A DNA stretch of 64,000 nt, taken from NCBI GenBank assembly GCA_951406725.2, contig OX597831.1, positions 8,370,001 to 8,434,000 of the forward strand, written 5' to 3'. The notes beneath the pieces were generated by a model that worked only from the letters and a program-made list of their open reading frames with translations, did not search any database and had not been told where the DNA came from. Made by a program: the position numbers and the translations under genes. Below, one piece after another: positions 1-13,542 of this stretch (its first letter is position 1; each line of letters opens with the position of its first letter). This DNA is from Octopus vulgaris. Lineage: Eukaryota.

Positions 1-299
1 AGGACACACTGGAGAATATAATTTCTAGATAAGTAATGTTCCAGTGTGTAAGAGAAGGACAAGATGTCATCACTGGAATGGTTTTCTTGGTCCAGTGATG
101 ACCTGTGTCTAAACAAAAACAATTAAAAACAAGATTAAAACAACCAAATCGGCACTCAATACAAATCGTCTAAAAATATTTCATCAATATTTAATCACAA
201 CAGCAATACCATTTTTTATTTATTTATTTTGATAAATTTCAAAAAGAAAAAAAAATGTTAATAAAGTTATGTAAAGGAGGAGACTAAATCCACCAGGGT

Positions 300-610
300 T
301 GTCATTTTAAAGCCTTACTTTGTCATGCTAGCATGGTTCAGACTGAATTCAAGGAGACAAGATTTTACAGCTGGATGCCCTTCCTGTCACCAACCTGTTT
401 CCAACCAAGGTAATATTCCCCCATGACCAGGCATGTTTTTACAGAAGACTGGAAAGGAACAAGCCCACTTGTATGACAATGATACTCATTTATAATTATC
501 TTGTCTTTACAAGGAAGCACACACACGATTCTTTCATTTTCTGGTTACAAAATCCATTCACAAGAATCAGGTTGGCCTGGGTCTATAGACGACACTGCCC
601 CAAGATACCA
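300..610 (-). mobile_element. SINE family H (family-A head plus RTE-like tail), decayed
   Basis: ggatgcccttcctgtcaccaacc...aaggtaatattccccc...gaagactggaaa, shared with many copies in the window. Confidence 0.7.
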
Positions 611-939
611 AATATCTACATAAGCAGAGATTAAAAATTGATGTCTTAATATGGCCAAGTCAATAAAATGTTGGGCCACCAGCCAAAAGATTACCAGTTC
701 AAATCATGTGGCCAGTGGTCAATGATATTGAACAGCATCAACAATCAAGAAAATTCATACAAGCTGACTTAATTACATATACAGATTCACTGAGTAAGCA
801 GGGAGAGCACTGTATAGTTAATGAGTGCTCCAAACCATATACGTCTTCTATAATTCTACTGGATATGCATGAACAAAATCTAAGCAGAACATTAAACAAT
901 CATTCTGTCTCAAACTAAAAGCACACTTTTCTTTTATTA

Positions 940-1340
940 CCATCAACACAATGGGCTCTGCCCCTCACCCCAAACTCTCTCTGGTCCTTACTAAGACTTA
1001 GGCCACTGGCAATGGTTCATCATATTTTCCTATCCTGAGCTTTGCTCTTTAACCCAACTCAGGTGTACTTTGCTTTCACCATGCTTGTAGGATCCTGTGC
1101 CAGGTAATTCCTAACCATTTCTAGTATCCTTGGAAATTTCATGTAAGGACCTATCTGGCAGTGCTTGCTACTGGCATGCACAATGTTCCCAATCCATTGC
1201 TGCCTCTCCCTTGCTATCTCTTGTTCAGCAGGTGATTAATAGGCCCTGAATCAGAGATTTGTGTTGCTGATCTGGTCTGGCCAGTTGACACAGAGGATTG
1301 TTCGATATCCATTCAACAGAACTTTTGTCATCCTTACTGC
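940..1340 (-). mobile_element. Old RTE/BovB-like LINE 3' fragment
   Basis: Minus-strand remnants RTILCVNWPDQISNTNL and EIARERQQWIGNI resemble the RTE C-terminal motifs RRILxIxWxDKISN and RRWRWIGH. Confidence 0.55.
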
Positions 1341-2237
1341 ATATATATTAACTCAACCAACACACCCTCCTTCTTAAAATACATCCCAGAAAACACACAC
1401 ACACACACACAGATGCACGTGGATTGGTGGATGTTTATTTTTTTTTAAACAAGGTAAAGAATTCAATGCATAGACTGTGTATATTTTATTAGAAACCAAA
1501 ACTTCTTAATCCATAACTTAGTTTCATGGTATTGATTATTCAACTAAATGAAGTAGTGAAGCAGTACTATTATTTAATCAAAACCATTTGCAAACACATC
1601 AAAATATAGTCAACAGTAAGTAGAGAGAGATTTGATTGGTTGTTAAAAGAGTCAGTAGAAAATGTCTTACACTGATCTTCAATTGTCAGGTATAACATTT
1701 TCATCTAGTCACAAAAACATGTATGATTTTTGTAAGTGACTCAGTCAAGTGTGTGTGTGTGTGTGATTGTTTTCTTTGTGTTGTGAGTTGGTGACCTCAC
1801 TACTGCAGGTGTTACGTAAACAAAATCAAAAGAAAAAAAAAACAGGTGCACATTGGAGATGCCATTAAGCCATAGAATCCATGCCAAAGCAGACACTGGA
1901 GCTTAATGCAGTCCTCTGGTCAGTTGGATTCAGTCAAACTGACCAATCCATGCCAGCATGGAAGACAGGTGTTAAATGATGTTGATCATAAATAAGTCTG
2001 CTTTGCAACCATGTGGCTCCAGGTTTGACTTTACTGTGGTGGGCACCTTAGACAAGAGTCTTTTACTATTGCCTTTGGCTATCTGATGCAGTGTCAGTGA
2101 AATTTAGTAGAGGGAAACAGTGCAGAAGCCTCTTTTGTGTGTATATGTAGATAAAACTAAATATTGTTACGTCCAGAAGAGAACTCCACACAACTGTAGA
2201 GTTTGAAGAATTTTAATGTATGATTCTTCAATAATCG

Positions 2238-2625
2238 TTCATCATTTAACATCTGTTTTCCATGCTAGCATGGGTTGGACGGTTCGACCGGGGTCTGGGA
2301 AGCCAGGAGGCTGCACCAGGCCCAGTCTGATCTGGCAGTGTTTCTACAGCTGGATGCCCTTCCTAACGCTAACCACTCCATGAGTGTAGTGGGTGCTTTT
2401 TACGTGCCAGGCAAGGCTGGCAACAGCTACGATCGGTTGGTGGTTTTTACATGCCACTGGCACGGAGGCCAGTTGAGGTGGCGATGGCAACGGCCACGTT
2501 TGGATGGTTCTTTTACGTGCCACCGGCACTGGTATCACAACTACAATTTCCATTGATTTTTGATCGATTTCAATTTCACTTGCCTCAACAGGTCTTCGCA
2601 AGCAGAGTTTTGTGTCCCAAGAAGG
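2238..2625 (-). mobile_element. 5'-truncated RTE LINE 3' UTR (family B)
   Basis: (GAT)n tail, ccatgctagcatgg palindrome, ggatgcccttcctaacg core and internal subrepeats. Collinear with 17276-17800. Confidence 0.85.
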
Positions 2626-2689
2626 ACATTCTCACATATACGGTGTTTCTGTTGTTGACTTTTGTCCCGTAATGTAGCAGCATGGCAAA

Positions 2690-3020
2690 TAGAGATCAAT
2701 AAAATAAGCAGTGGGGGTTGATATGATTGAGTGAAACCATTTCCGAGCAGTGCCTTGTCATAGCAGCAGTCCAGTGACTGGCACCAGGAAGAAAAAGACA
2801 AGAATAACTTGAATGTAATTCTCAGAAAGATTCAGTGTGACACAGAATGTGACAAGGCTGAGCCCTTCAAATACAGGGACCACTCATTTTTGCCACCTGA
2901 GTGGATTGGAGCAACGTGAAATGAAGAGTCTTGCTCAAGGACACAACCCACTGCTGGAAATTGAACTCATGGCTTTACAATTGGGAGATGAATACCCCAA
3001 CCACTCAGCTACAACATGCT
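2690..3020 (-). mobile_element. tRNA-derived SINE (family D-like)
   Basis: gagcaacgtgaaatgaagagtcttgctcaaggacacaac core with reverse B-box and A-box remnants. Related to 11390-11660, 32160-32400 and 40520-40810. Confidence 0.65.
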
Positions 3021-3289
3021 TTCACTTACCTACCCACAAGGGGACATACGGACACACACACACGAATATGTATTTAGTTCCACCAGTGAAATAACTGAAA
3101 TTTAGTCTGTTCAAACTCATTCATGCCAAAACACAATATCAATATCAAACACAAACAAACCTCCTCATTAATATTCCATATCAGTGCTTTTTTTTTTTTT
3201 GTGTGTGTGGAGACGGTTCCATTAAACTTTTACATTCACTCCCACCTCCCCACTACACCCTCTACCACTACTACAACTAAGTCCACCAC

Positions 3290-3412
3290 CTGCGGAAAGC
3301 CTCCTAAACATTCTGACATCTGTTGTACATGTCCAATAAGAGGCTGCAACATCATCCGATTGGTCGGCTTTCAACAGACTATCCTTCAGCCGCATACATA
3401 TTTGATGTGAGT
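3290..3412 (-). CDS. Candidate alternative/cassette exon of UBTD (123 nt, phase 1-1)
   Basis: Acceptor ttctgtttggtttcag|ac, donor gcag|gtggtg (weak intron side). Open only in the frame compatible with UBTD exon 1: (D)SHQICMRLKDSLLKADQSDDVAASYWTCTTDVRMFRRLSA+G. Unique, non-repeat sequence. Confidence 0.4.
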
Positions 3413-4269
3413 CTGAAACCAAACAGAATACCAAAATCTCATCACCACTTCCGGAAATCGCTTAAGACTCACAAAACTCTCTCTTCCAATGAATACTTAG
3501 CATGTATTAGCATGCATATATACATAACATAGACTCATTAATTAGTGCTAATTATGATTAACACAGACAAGAAACCATTAAACAGAGAATCTAAAGTACA
3601 ATGTTCTTTAGAGATACATAACTGGAACATTTCCCCACCGACATCAGTTTCATTTAAGTCTAAGACCTAGATATATATTCCTCATCGTCTTCAATCCGCT
3701 TTTCCCTGCTCGCATGACTCACATTCTCGACAGATTGATGGAACAGCCAAACTAGCTAAGTTACAGCAAAGCCAAGCCAGCTAACTGTACAACAACAACA
3801 ACAACAATTTACTACATGACAACAACAAGCCACTCCATGGTAATTTGGATTTTTAACAAGATGCTGAATAAACTATCTTTTAATTAGAAAGAGAAGAAAA
3901 TATTTCTTATTTAAAGAAAAAGTTCTTTTGTGTCAATTTATCAACAGGGGCTGTCATATTCACACCTAATACTAAAATATACCAAGTACTTCTCTCCTCG
4001 AGGCCACAGGCAGTTTTACATTTTGCTAATTTAAAAAAGAAGCAGTTGGTTAAGACATTTGTGCTGAGACATGAAAGAATTTGTGAGTGAGGAATGTCAA
4101 CCGTATCACCTTGAGAAGCCTTGTTCAGTTAACAGAAAGCATGGGTGGGCAATTGCCAAGTAGTAGATGAGGATCCAAACACTAAATTTTCAGCAACACT
4201 TCTTTAGTGCTAATAATTTTGATGCTGCAAGTGTATTGAGCTGATACAAACAGTAGAATAATCATTAAC

Positions 4270-4641
4270 ACAGCCATGTGCCAGCAGCATGTAAAAACCA
4301 CCAACCGATTGTGACCGTTGCCAGCCTCCCCTGGCACCTGTGCCGGTGGCATGTAAAAAGCACCATCTGTACGTGGTCGATGCCAGCACCACCTTGACTA
4401 GCTTCCGTGCCAGTGGCACGTAAATGGCACCAACCAATCGTGGCCGTTGCCAGCCTCCCCTGGCACGTAAAAAGCACCCACTACACTCATGGAGTGGTTG
4501 GCGTAAGGAAGGGCATCAAGCTGTAGAAAAACTGCCAGATCAGACTGGAGCCTGGTGCAGCCCCGACTTCCCAGACCCTGGTCGAACCGTCCAACCCATG
4601 CTAGCATGGAAAACGGACGTTAAACGATGATGATGATGATG
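4270..4641 (+). mobile_element. 5'-truncated RTE LINE 3' UTR (family B)
   Basis: Four subrepeats, then ggaagggcatc...ccatgctagcatggaaaacggacgttaaac(gat)n. Inverted relative to 2238-2625. Confidence 0.85.
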
Positions 4642-4734
4642 TTGCTAAAAGCAGAGTCTTTGATTGGCTCTGGTTACATTACTTGGCAATAATGTCTTAA
4701 TTAACTCCATTAATTAAGTAGAGTGAAAACATGC

Positions 4735-5105
4735 AATCATGGCTGTGTGGTTAAGAAGCTTGCTTTGCAACAACTTGGTCTTGGGTTCAAGCCCTACAGC
4801 ACAGCACCTTAAACAAGTGTCTTCTACTATAAGCCCTGGTTGATGGTAACTTGTGTGGAATCCTGTAGGTGTGTGCATCTTTGTGTTTGTCCCTCAACAC
4901 TATTTGATAACTGGTACTGGTTTGTTTACATCCCTGTAACTTAGCGGCTCAGCAAAAAGAGATCAACAAACTAAGTACCAGATGGGAAAAAAAATAAGTA
5001 CAGTGGTTGATTTTTTTTTTTTTCAATGAAACCCTTCAATGTGGTGGTACTCCAGTATGGCCACAATCCAAGGACAAACAAGTAGAAAGACAAAAGACAG
5101 AGAGA
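4735..5105 (+). mobile_element. SINE family A, decayed
   Basis: tggctgtgtggttaag A-box, ggttcaagcc B-box, and gtaacttagcgg...caagtagaag tail. Confidence 0.75.
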
Positions 5106-6789
5106 ATATGAAGAGGTTGCATGTGAGAAGAATCGACCGAAAGAAGAGGGGGGGGAGTGCTTTACGTGGTTCAGTTGCTGATGCTATGTATAAAGCAACC
5201 AGTAAACTCTGTAAAATGGTTGGCACTGGGAAAGGCATCCAGCGAGAGAAACTAGGTCAAAACGGGCTACGGAGCCAGGTATGGCTCTCCAGCCTTGCCA
5301 GCTCCTCCTCTCAAGCCATCCAACCCATGCCAACATAGAAAAACAGATGTTAAATGATGATGATGATCATCATCTCTTTCTATCTCTCGAGTCCATCTCT
5401 CACAGATGTTGATGTTGCCTTCCCTCTAAGGGAGGAGGACCTCTAAAAGAGTACCTTGTAAGGGTTAGCTGAACCAATGATATCCAACAAAAATATTAAT
5501 CTTCAGTCCAGTCTAAAGAAAGCAATTTAAATTGCACCAAATGCATCGGATTAAAAAACATGTAGAGTGTGGAATTCTACTAATCTGATTAATGTTGTTA
5601 TGTCTGAAATCTTAATAAGAAAGGTCAAATTTCTTTTTAGACAGATTTTGAAGGTGAGGCTTTAGTGAAAATGAACTTGTGACACCTAATTAGAAGGTGA
5701 TGAGCCGTTAAACAAAAGTAAACAACACCAATTTCATTTGGTGTTTTAATTGTAAACCTTATCAAAAAGATTTCTTCCTTGGCCATTTTTGAAAATATGC
5801 AATTAACTTATTTGTTAAATGGAGAAGAGGAGAGGTGGTGGTGAAGATGGTGGTGGAATGTGAATCACATTGAAAATGAAATATCTTAATCCTTCAAAGT
5901 ATATATAAACACTTGATGTTTGCACTTGATACATTGAAGTATCGTGTAGTATTATCCACTCGTCATCCGACCAATGAAAGTAGCCGTCGTTAAAAACCTC
6001 GGCTAATGTCAAGGTTAAGTCTGGAACAACATTTGGCAGAAGTAAGAGTGGAGTCGAAAGAATTAACAAATAAAAAAGGGAACAAACTGGTTTTTGACTA
6101 TTAAAAAGTTGAATAAATTGGAAAACAAAACGGGGGAGAAGCAATCTAAGAATAGCACAACATAGGGTTCCTGAAAAAAACAAAAAAACAGGAGAACAGT
6201 TTCTGTCACAAGACCAGACAATTGATACACCGAAGCAATAACATAGTTTCAAGTTTAGAGAAACAAATTTAGGATGATATTACAGTAAATAAATTGGGTT
6301 GGTGGGGCATCGTAAAACATTTGCATGAAGAATAAGCTAACAGCAGCAATTCATTTGAAATATAATTCACTGTGAAATATGGCTGTCTATAACTTGACAT
6401 TTTGCTATTTAGTGTATATATATATATATCATATAAAGTAGTGGGGAGGAGAACATTTCTTAGGGGTGTTCTTTGGGAAAGAGTTGCATACAATATATCA
6501 GGCCAGTGATTCTCACTCTTTTGTACACAAGTGTCCCCTTTCATCAAATGGTACTTCACAAAATGCCCCCTTTCCCATGTTTTGCAAAAAAGAAAACCAC
6601 CGGATTATTCAAATCAAACAGCAGCTAATTCTGTGCTTTTATACCATCTCGTATAGTGTGTGCCCTGCTTTTTAGATATTTGAGCAGAGTTGTGCTGCCT
6701 AGGTTTCATCCTATAAACATTACAAAGGAAAGCAAGGGCTTATATAATGAAATTATAATACTGAGCTCTGGGGCATCACTTTACACTCA

Positions 6790-7600
6790 TGTTGACTGTC
6801 CTGAGCAGGTCTTTTCAAGCATCATCTCTCACCAATTGTCTCAGTTTTTTGTCATCTTTTCCACAAGGCTCAAAATCTCAACATCAGCCTTCACAATTTC
6901 ATCTCACTCTCCTAGGGTCTCCCTCTTTAACAAGTGACTAACACTTCTTTATACAGCTGCCCTCATCTGCATGTCCTAGCAATCTTCTCTCCAGCACACA
7001 ACACTTGATTCATCATATACCCAACATATTTCTCTCAATGTATTTGCAATTCATCATTTCTGCACACCCAATGGAGCATGCTAACTTTTTACTCTTCACA
7101 ACTCCTCCACATTCATGGCCCACATCTAACCCTAACCATATAGCAATGCTGTTTGTACACAAGCATCATGCAATCTGTCTTTCACTCTGAGAGAGAGAGA
7201 GAGAAACCTTTTATTACAAACAGTAGTAGTAGCTCTCTGAACTTTCTGCAGTCTGATCATACTCCAGCTATCGTTATACTTTCAGACTCTCCACCTCTAC
7301 TGCTAATTAGGTCACCAAGGTAACAGAAGTAATCTATCGTCCCTGGGGAATCTCCTGAGCATTTGAGAAAATCTATTTCCTGTATGCTCTTAATGATTAT
7401 CGCTCCTATGCATCAGTCATGGACAGAGTCTGCTTTCTCTCTTAACCTGCCTCTGATACCAGTGCAGCTCTTATGTGTCTGAATTTGCACTGGGTACACC
7501 ATAGGGAATTACTACCTACCTCTTCTCTACATATTAAATAAGGCCATTTCTCCGAGTGGTAGCAGAGTCCTATCTGTTTTTCTACTTACTCAAATCTCCC
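6790..7600 (-). mobile_element. Decayed RTE LINE (RT C-terminal half with Cys-rich insert)
   Basis: Minus-strand remnants KWPYLICREEVGSNSLWCTQCK and FCYLGDLISSRGGESES, with stops and frameshifts. Confidence 0.7.
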
Positions 7601-7669
7601 TCAGATCACATCCTATCATCTCAACAAAGTACGACACATTGTCTAATAGAGTCCAAAGTACACACTGTC

Positions 7670-7975
7670 TTCATCATCATTTAATGTCCATTTCTCCACA
7701 TTTGCGTGGGTCAGTTACAATTAGTTGAGACAGGTTTTCTATGGCCAGATGCACTTTCTGTTGCCAACTCTCACCCATTTCTAAGCAAGACAATATTTCC
7801 CAAGGCCAGCCATGGTTCTCACTGATGACTGGAAGTGATCATTACTTGTTTGATAGCAATGTTCATTAACAATCATCACATGATGTCTAGATAAGGGTAG
7901 ATACACACACAAACACATATGACAGGCTTCTTTCAGTTTCCATCTATGAAACCCTCTCACAAGGATTTTGGTTAG
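7670..7975 (-). mobile_element. SINE family H
   Basis: (cat)n ttaatgtcc...caggcttctttcagtttccatct. Confidence 0.7.
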
Positions 7976-8846
7976 CAATAACAGAAAAATGAGAGAATGA
8001 TTATTGCAGGAATTGATCTTAGGTTTGCTGATTTTGAGATGACCTGGGGTTAAACAATAAGTTTTCTTCAATTCTAGTCCTTAAATTTCATTGTCATTTA
8101 TTCTTCCTGAGTTGTTTGTCTTTATTCGTTCATGAAATTCTGCTCGTAAAACAGATTCCTCACAGTTGTTTGTGAAGGACAGAAAACTACAGTTGTTCAT
8201 TTGTGGCCAAGAAACCACAAATAATGGTATTTACACCATGATGGCAAGGAGTCTAACAATGCAAGCTTGTTATTCATATTATTTCAATAAAACATAACTT
8301 TTTCTTCTTCCACCCCCACCCCCCAGTAATTATGACAATGGAAATAGTTATGACAATAAAAACCCAGCATAAATTGGGTGCGCAAACGGTCGTGTTAGAC
8401 TCTGTGTTTTCATTTGGCAATATTTTGATTGTAACTTCAGGAAACGCTGTCAAGGAACTCCTTCACTATTTTGCTCTTAAAAACAATGAAGGAAAGACAA
8501 AAAAAAAAAAAAAAATGGACCAAACCCAGTTTGGCAACAAAACTGGTTTTGTTTTAACATTGATTCACTTGAGTTGAATATTTTTCAGGAATGGATTCAT
8601 CATGTCAAATAACAACTTGTACACATAATGAAAAGAAAAAAAAAATAAAGCAATCTATTTATAGTTTCATTGCTGTAATGTTTGAGAGCCAGCCATAGGA
8701 CTTGTTTCTGAATTTGCATTTTTTGACATACAAATGTATGATGTAATAATAAATCCAACCTACTTGTCTACATTTATGTGAAAAATAATATTAGCAAGAT
8801 AACATTAATAACAGACAAAGAAACCAACAAAAAAAGAGGAGCCTAG

Positions 8847-9063
8847 CCCTTTCGCTACCGTATTTTGAGATGCTCTGTGTTTCTTTCAATAATTTTAAAT
8901 GTAACAAAGAATTTAGTAAAATAACTTAGTTATCATTCAGATAGTGTTAAGAACATAAATTGTGACTAAGATTTGGTGGAAGATTTGAATTCAAAACTTA
9001 TGAAAATAAGACATTTATACTACAGAGCCAGAGCCGGTTTAGGCCAGGTTGGTAACGAAAGGG
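8847..9063. mobile_element. piggyBac-type MITE (family F)
   Basis: TIRs ccctttcgctacc / ggtaacgaaaggg. TTAA on the right, left site mutated to ctag. Related decayed copies at 14130-14360 and 14700-15100. Confidence 0.7.
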
Positions 9064-9187
9064 TTAAACGCAAAACAATTGTTGCAAGACCCCTAATCCT
9101 TTAGCAATGCAGATTACTTTGTCAAACTGAATTACACCATTTCTTTGATGATAACACTTGTCTACAATTAGCATTTTGACATTGAGG

Positions 9188-9440
9188 CATCATCATCATC
9201 ATCATCATCATCGTTTAACGTCCGTTTTCCGCGCTAGCACGGGTTGGACGGTTCGACCGGGGTCTGGGAAGCCAGGGGCCGCTCCAGGCTCCAGTCTGAT
9301 TCTGGCAGAGTTTCTACGGCTGGATGCCCTTCCTAACGCCAACCACTCCGTGAGTGGATTGGGTGCTTTTTACGTGCCACCTGCACAGGGGCCGGGGGGT
9401 CCGGCATCGGTCACGATCGGTTCGAGCTTTTAACGTGCCA
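9188..9440 (-). mobile_element. Young RTE 3' UTR copy (family B variant)
   Basis: (cat)n cgtttaacgtccgttttcc... with CpGs intact. Followed by G-rich sequence and a family-A head at about 9660-9795. Confidence 0.8.
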
Positions 9441-11754
9441 GGGACACGGGGGCAACGGGATGCGGGGTAGAGTTGAGTTGGGAGGGGGGGTCCAGCTGAG
9501 AAAGGTTTCACCAGTGAAAAGAGAGGGAGAGATAGTAAAGGGGTGCAGGTAATATAGGGGAGCACCAGTGGGGAAGGTTGGGGGAGGAGGAACGATGGCA
9601 GGAAGGGTTGGTGAAGGTTCGTAAGAAATATAAACGTAGGATGGAGATATAAAAACATGCACACACACACACACAACAGGCTTCTCTTAATTTTCCCCTA
9701 CCAAATTCATTCATAGGGCTTTGGTTGACCAAGGGCTCTAGTTGAAGACACATGCCTAAGGTGCTGCCCAGTGGGGTTGAACCTAAAACCACATGATAAA
9801 AGGATAAGTGATGCTGTTGGACAAGAAATAAGGTTTCTAAACTTGAAATAATTATTTCTTAATTCAGACTGAAAGCTAAAAAAGAAAAAGACAGGGACCA
9901 GGAAGGGAAATAGTTGTGATAAGGGGCATTCATGCCATTCTCAAGGTCATTGGAACTGAATGTGAATTAAAACTGGGTCACTGATTCTATTTATAGAAAT
10001 TATTTTGTAATTCAACACGACCATAAAATATAAAGATAATGATTTTTCAATTATGCATACAGCTCTAGGCAAGTAGCTGACTACCCTACATCTAAAGTAG
10101 AATACCCACCATAGTGAATAATTAATCTAACTGATGGAGGAAATATGAAATCACAACCATTAACAGTTTACACACACACACACACACACACATTCCGTGT
10201 ATATTCACCAGCACTCTTACGTGTAAATGTGCACAAATTTTTCTTATTTGATTATTCATTTATTGAATAGCGTAATGGGTAAACTATTTGAAAAATATGA
10301 ATTATCCACGTGACATTGTAATTGTTTTTATAATTTGTTCCAGAACTCTCCAGGGAAATACCATTATCACTGGTATATAAATTAAAAACTCCTCAATTTC
10401 TCACTAGTTTGATAAGTGCTAACACATGAAACTCTCGGCCCTTGAGTCACTATGTAACCTCAGCTAAATAATAATAATAACCATAATATATATATATGTG
10501 TGTGTGTGTGTATAAAGGGTTATATATGACTTTTCAGCTTTACTGAAAATGAAATAAGAGGAAGGAAGAGGAGGTGTATGTTGCTGTAATCTGAGTTAAC
10601 ATTTTTGTCATGACAAATTTTCCCCCCCCCTCTCTAATGAAAGACTGATTCAAGTATTAGTCGACTTCATAACATGGTACTCCTACATAAAGACCTTCCG
10701 TTTGTTCTGTTTTATATCGGGTCTTGTGAACAACATGGTAAGGGAGTGACTGTGCAACTTGGGCAGAGCTACAACAAAGTATTTTTGTTCCAAAGCAACG
10801 TCTCCTCTGTCGTCTCCATGTATACTAGTTTTTCACCGATAAACAGGAACAAAAGAGATCTGGTAACATCTGACTATTCAAAGAGACGCTCAACTCAAGG
10901 TTAAAGGCAGAAGAGACTTGCCTCAAATCTCAAGAGGACGAGCAATGGAACTGAAACTGAAAACATTTGGTGGCAGAATTCACTTGTTAACTACACAGCG
11001 ATACCAGTTTTTATATAGCCAACACTGATTCATGTCATATATATATAGCCGAAATCATGAAGATAATCTGGTACTCGACTGAGGAAAGAAAACTTCAAAT
11101 GACTCGTCCTTGGTTTCTTTGTATCGTCTATCTGGATACCACCCACCACAACAGAATTGAGATCCTAAAACCAAGGTGTCATATAAAAAGCACTGTACAT
11201 TTCCAAAGCAGTTGGCATTAGGAAGAGCATCAGACCATAGAACCCAAGGCAAAACAGATTATGGAATCCTGGTGTGGCCCCTGATTTTGCCAGTTCCTGT
11301 CAAGCCGTCCAACCCATGCCAGCATATACAATCATGGCCATCACTCATGAGTATGAATTGATAACATGTCCCATACTTTCAATAATTCTTTCAGGTGCCT
11401 GAGTGGTCTTGATCAGACAGACACACCTCCTCAAGGCTCTCCCACCAATGACCCAGCAGAACATTGGGGATGTGGCAGCTGGAGGTAAAATGGGTCGCTG
11501 CAGCAGCACTTGACTGCGACTCGTTTTCAGCTAAGTAGACTGGAGCAGAGTGTGGAATGAAATGCCTTGATCAACGATACAAAGCACCACTTACTCTAGG
11601 AATAGAATGCATAACCTTGTGATCGTGTACTTAACAGCCTAAGCACGAGGTGACCTACTTTCACACACACACACACACACAGCCCAACACCAACCTACTC
11701 AAATTGATGATTGCTCTTATAATATTGTGAGAAAATACACATATCATATTTAAT

Positions 11755-11982
11755 ATGGTTCCAAACATTTTGACAAGACTAGCAATTTTGAGAGGAGGGG
11801 CAAGCTGATTATATCGAGCCCAGTACTTTAAATGGTACTTATTTTATTGACCCTTGCCCCTCCAAAAAAAGATGAATGTCAAAGTTGACCTTGGTGGGAT
11901 TTGAACTTGGAATGTAAAGAGCTGGAAGAAATGCCACTAAGCATTCTGTCTGATGCCCTAATGATTCAGCCAGCTTGCTGCC
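11755..11982 (-). mobile_element. SINE family C
   Basis: Reverse of gagttcaaattcc...gaggtcgactttgcctttcatcc...aagtaccag. Other copies at about 13055-13250, 14815-15010, 34520-34730 and 41600-41760. Confidence 0.7.
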
Positions 11983-13505
11983 ATATATGTGTTATCACAT
12001 TTAATACACAACAATAAAGTTAAAAATACTAAACAAGGATTAAACCTGATAAATTCTGCAATTAATATAAGGATCATGTCTAGAAAGAGAAGTCGTTTGG
12101 GAAATGTGCTGACTTAAACAAACAAACAACACGTAACTCCTTCAAATGTAATCAAGCTCACATGGGTCAGACAGGATTTTGTTGAACAGGATACCCTCTA
12201 CATTCTGTGGCAATGCCTGCAACAACATCAGAACCAAATTGTACTGACCTTGCCTGTCCCACACTAGAATGGAGAGAGAAAACTTGCAAGCAATAGCCAC
12301 CAACTAATCTTAACTGACCCCCACACCAGCAACCATCCCCCTCCAAAAAAACCCTTGATCAAGCTTGCAGCATGGACAGGCACTTTCTAGGTGCCCATAC
12401 TGTGTATAATTAGATGACAAAGGTCATTGGTTTTATATATATATATATATATTTGTGTGTATGTGTAGATATGCACTGGGGTGTAATTTCTACAGCAGTG
12501 ATGGCTTTTCATTTTAACATTTGTTCAGTTTCAGCATCAGTACAATGGTTTTTTTCATTCTTCAAATAACTATTCTGACTGCTGCATCTATATATTGATT
12601 TATAGAGTTCATTGACTTCCACACGAATTTAATTTGAGAGAGAGAGAAAGAAAGAAAGCAAAATAGAGAACTAGATAGGGAGACGGTTATTAGTTTGAAA
12701 AATATGTTGAGCGAGAAACGAGAGAGAAATTCAGGGAGAAAGAGAGTGAGAGGCAGTTATTGGAGCTGGCAACCAGCTAAAAGTATCAATGTACTGTAGA
12801 CACACTGTTGATTCCAACTCGGTCTAATAGAGCTTTCCAAAATTAATTTCCTGGATTTAGTAATTCCAAAATTGCTCAATGAAATAACCGAGAGAAAAAG
12901 AGAGAGAGAAAGTGTGTGTGTGTGTTGATTAACTTTATTAATAATGGCTCAAAAACACAGATTGTTTCCATTATTGTTGAGCCTAGTCTTGTTTATTAAA
13001 CACTTAAGATGTGTTCAAGTCAAGGATTCAGAGCCGTTGATGATCCGTTTCTTAACAGAAGTGCAAGACATAAAATTCGAGGGAAGGGGTTGGCTGATAT
13101 TACAGATGCCAGTACTTGAATGGTACTCTATTCTATCAACTCTGGAGGGATGAATAGCAAAGTTGACCTTAGCAGGAATTGAATTCAGAATATAAAGAGC
13201 TTAAACAAATACTGCAAGTCATTTTCCCTCCGATGCTCTAACATCAATTCTAAAGGAATAATATAAAACTGCGGTTAGTATATTTTTATATATAACACAC
13301 ACACACACGCATGCACACAGAAGCACATATACACACTGATGCGTACGCACACACACATTAAAAATTTAAAACACAAAATAAAATATAAATGATGATGAGT
13401 TTATTTGAAATGAAATTGTAATGCTTTCATGTAACAATTACATATTGTAGTTTTGGTAATGGAGAGAGAGAGAGAGGGAAAGAGAGACTGAAAAAACCCC
13501 CAAAA

Positions 13506-13542
<37 letters not shown>

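Noticed and set aside
2275-2556. Recurrent ORFs containing LQLDALPNANHS or WLALGRASS (also 4398, 9158, 15483, 27881, 40863, 46479, 49482)
   Set aside because: Translations of the non-coding RTE 3' UTR repeat, not a gene family.
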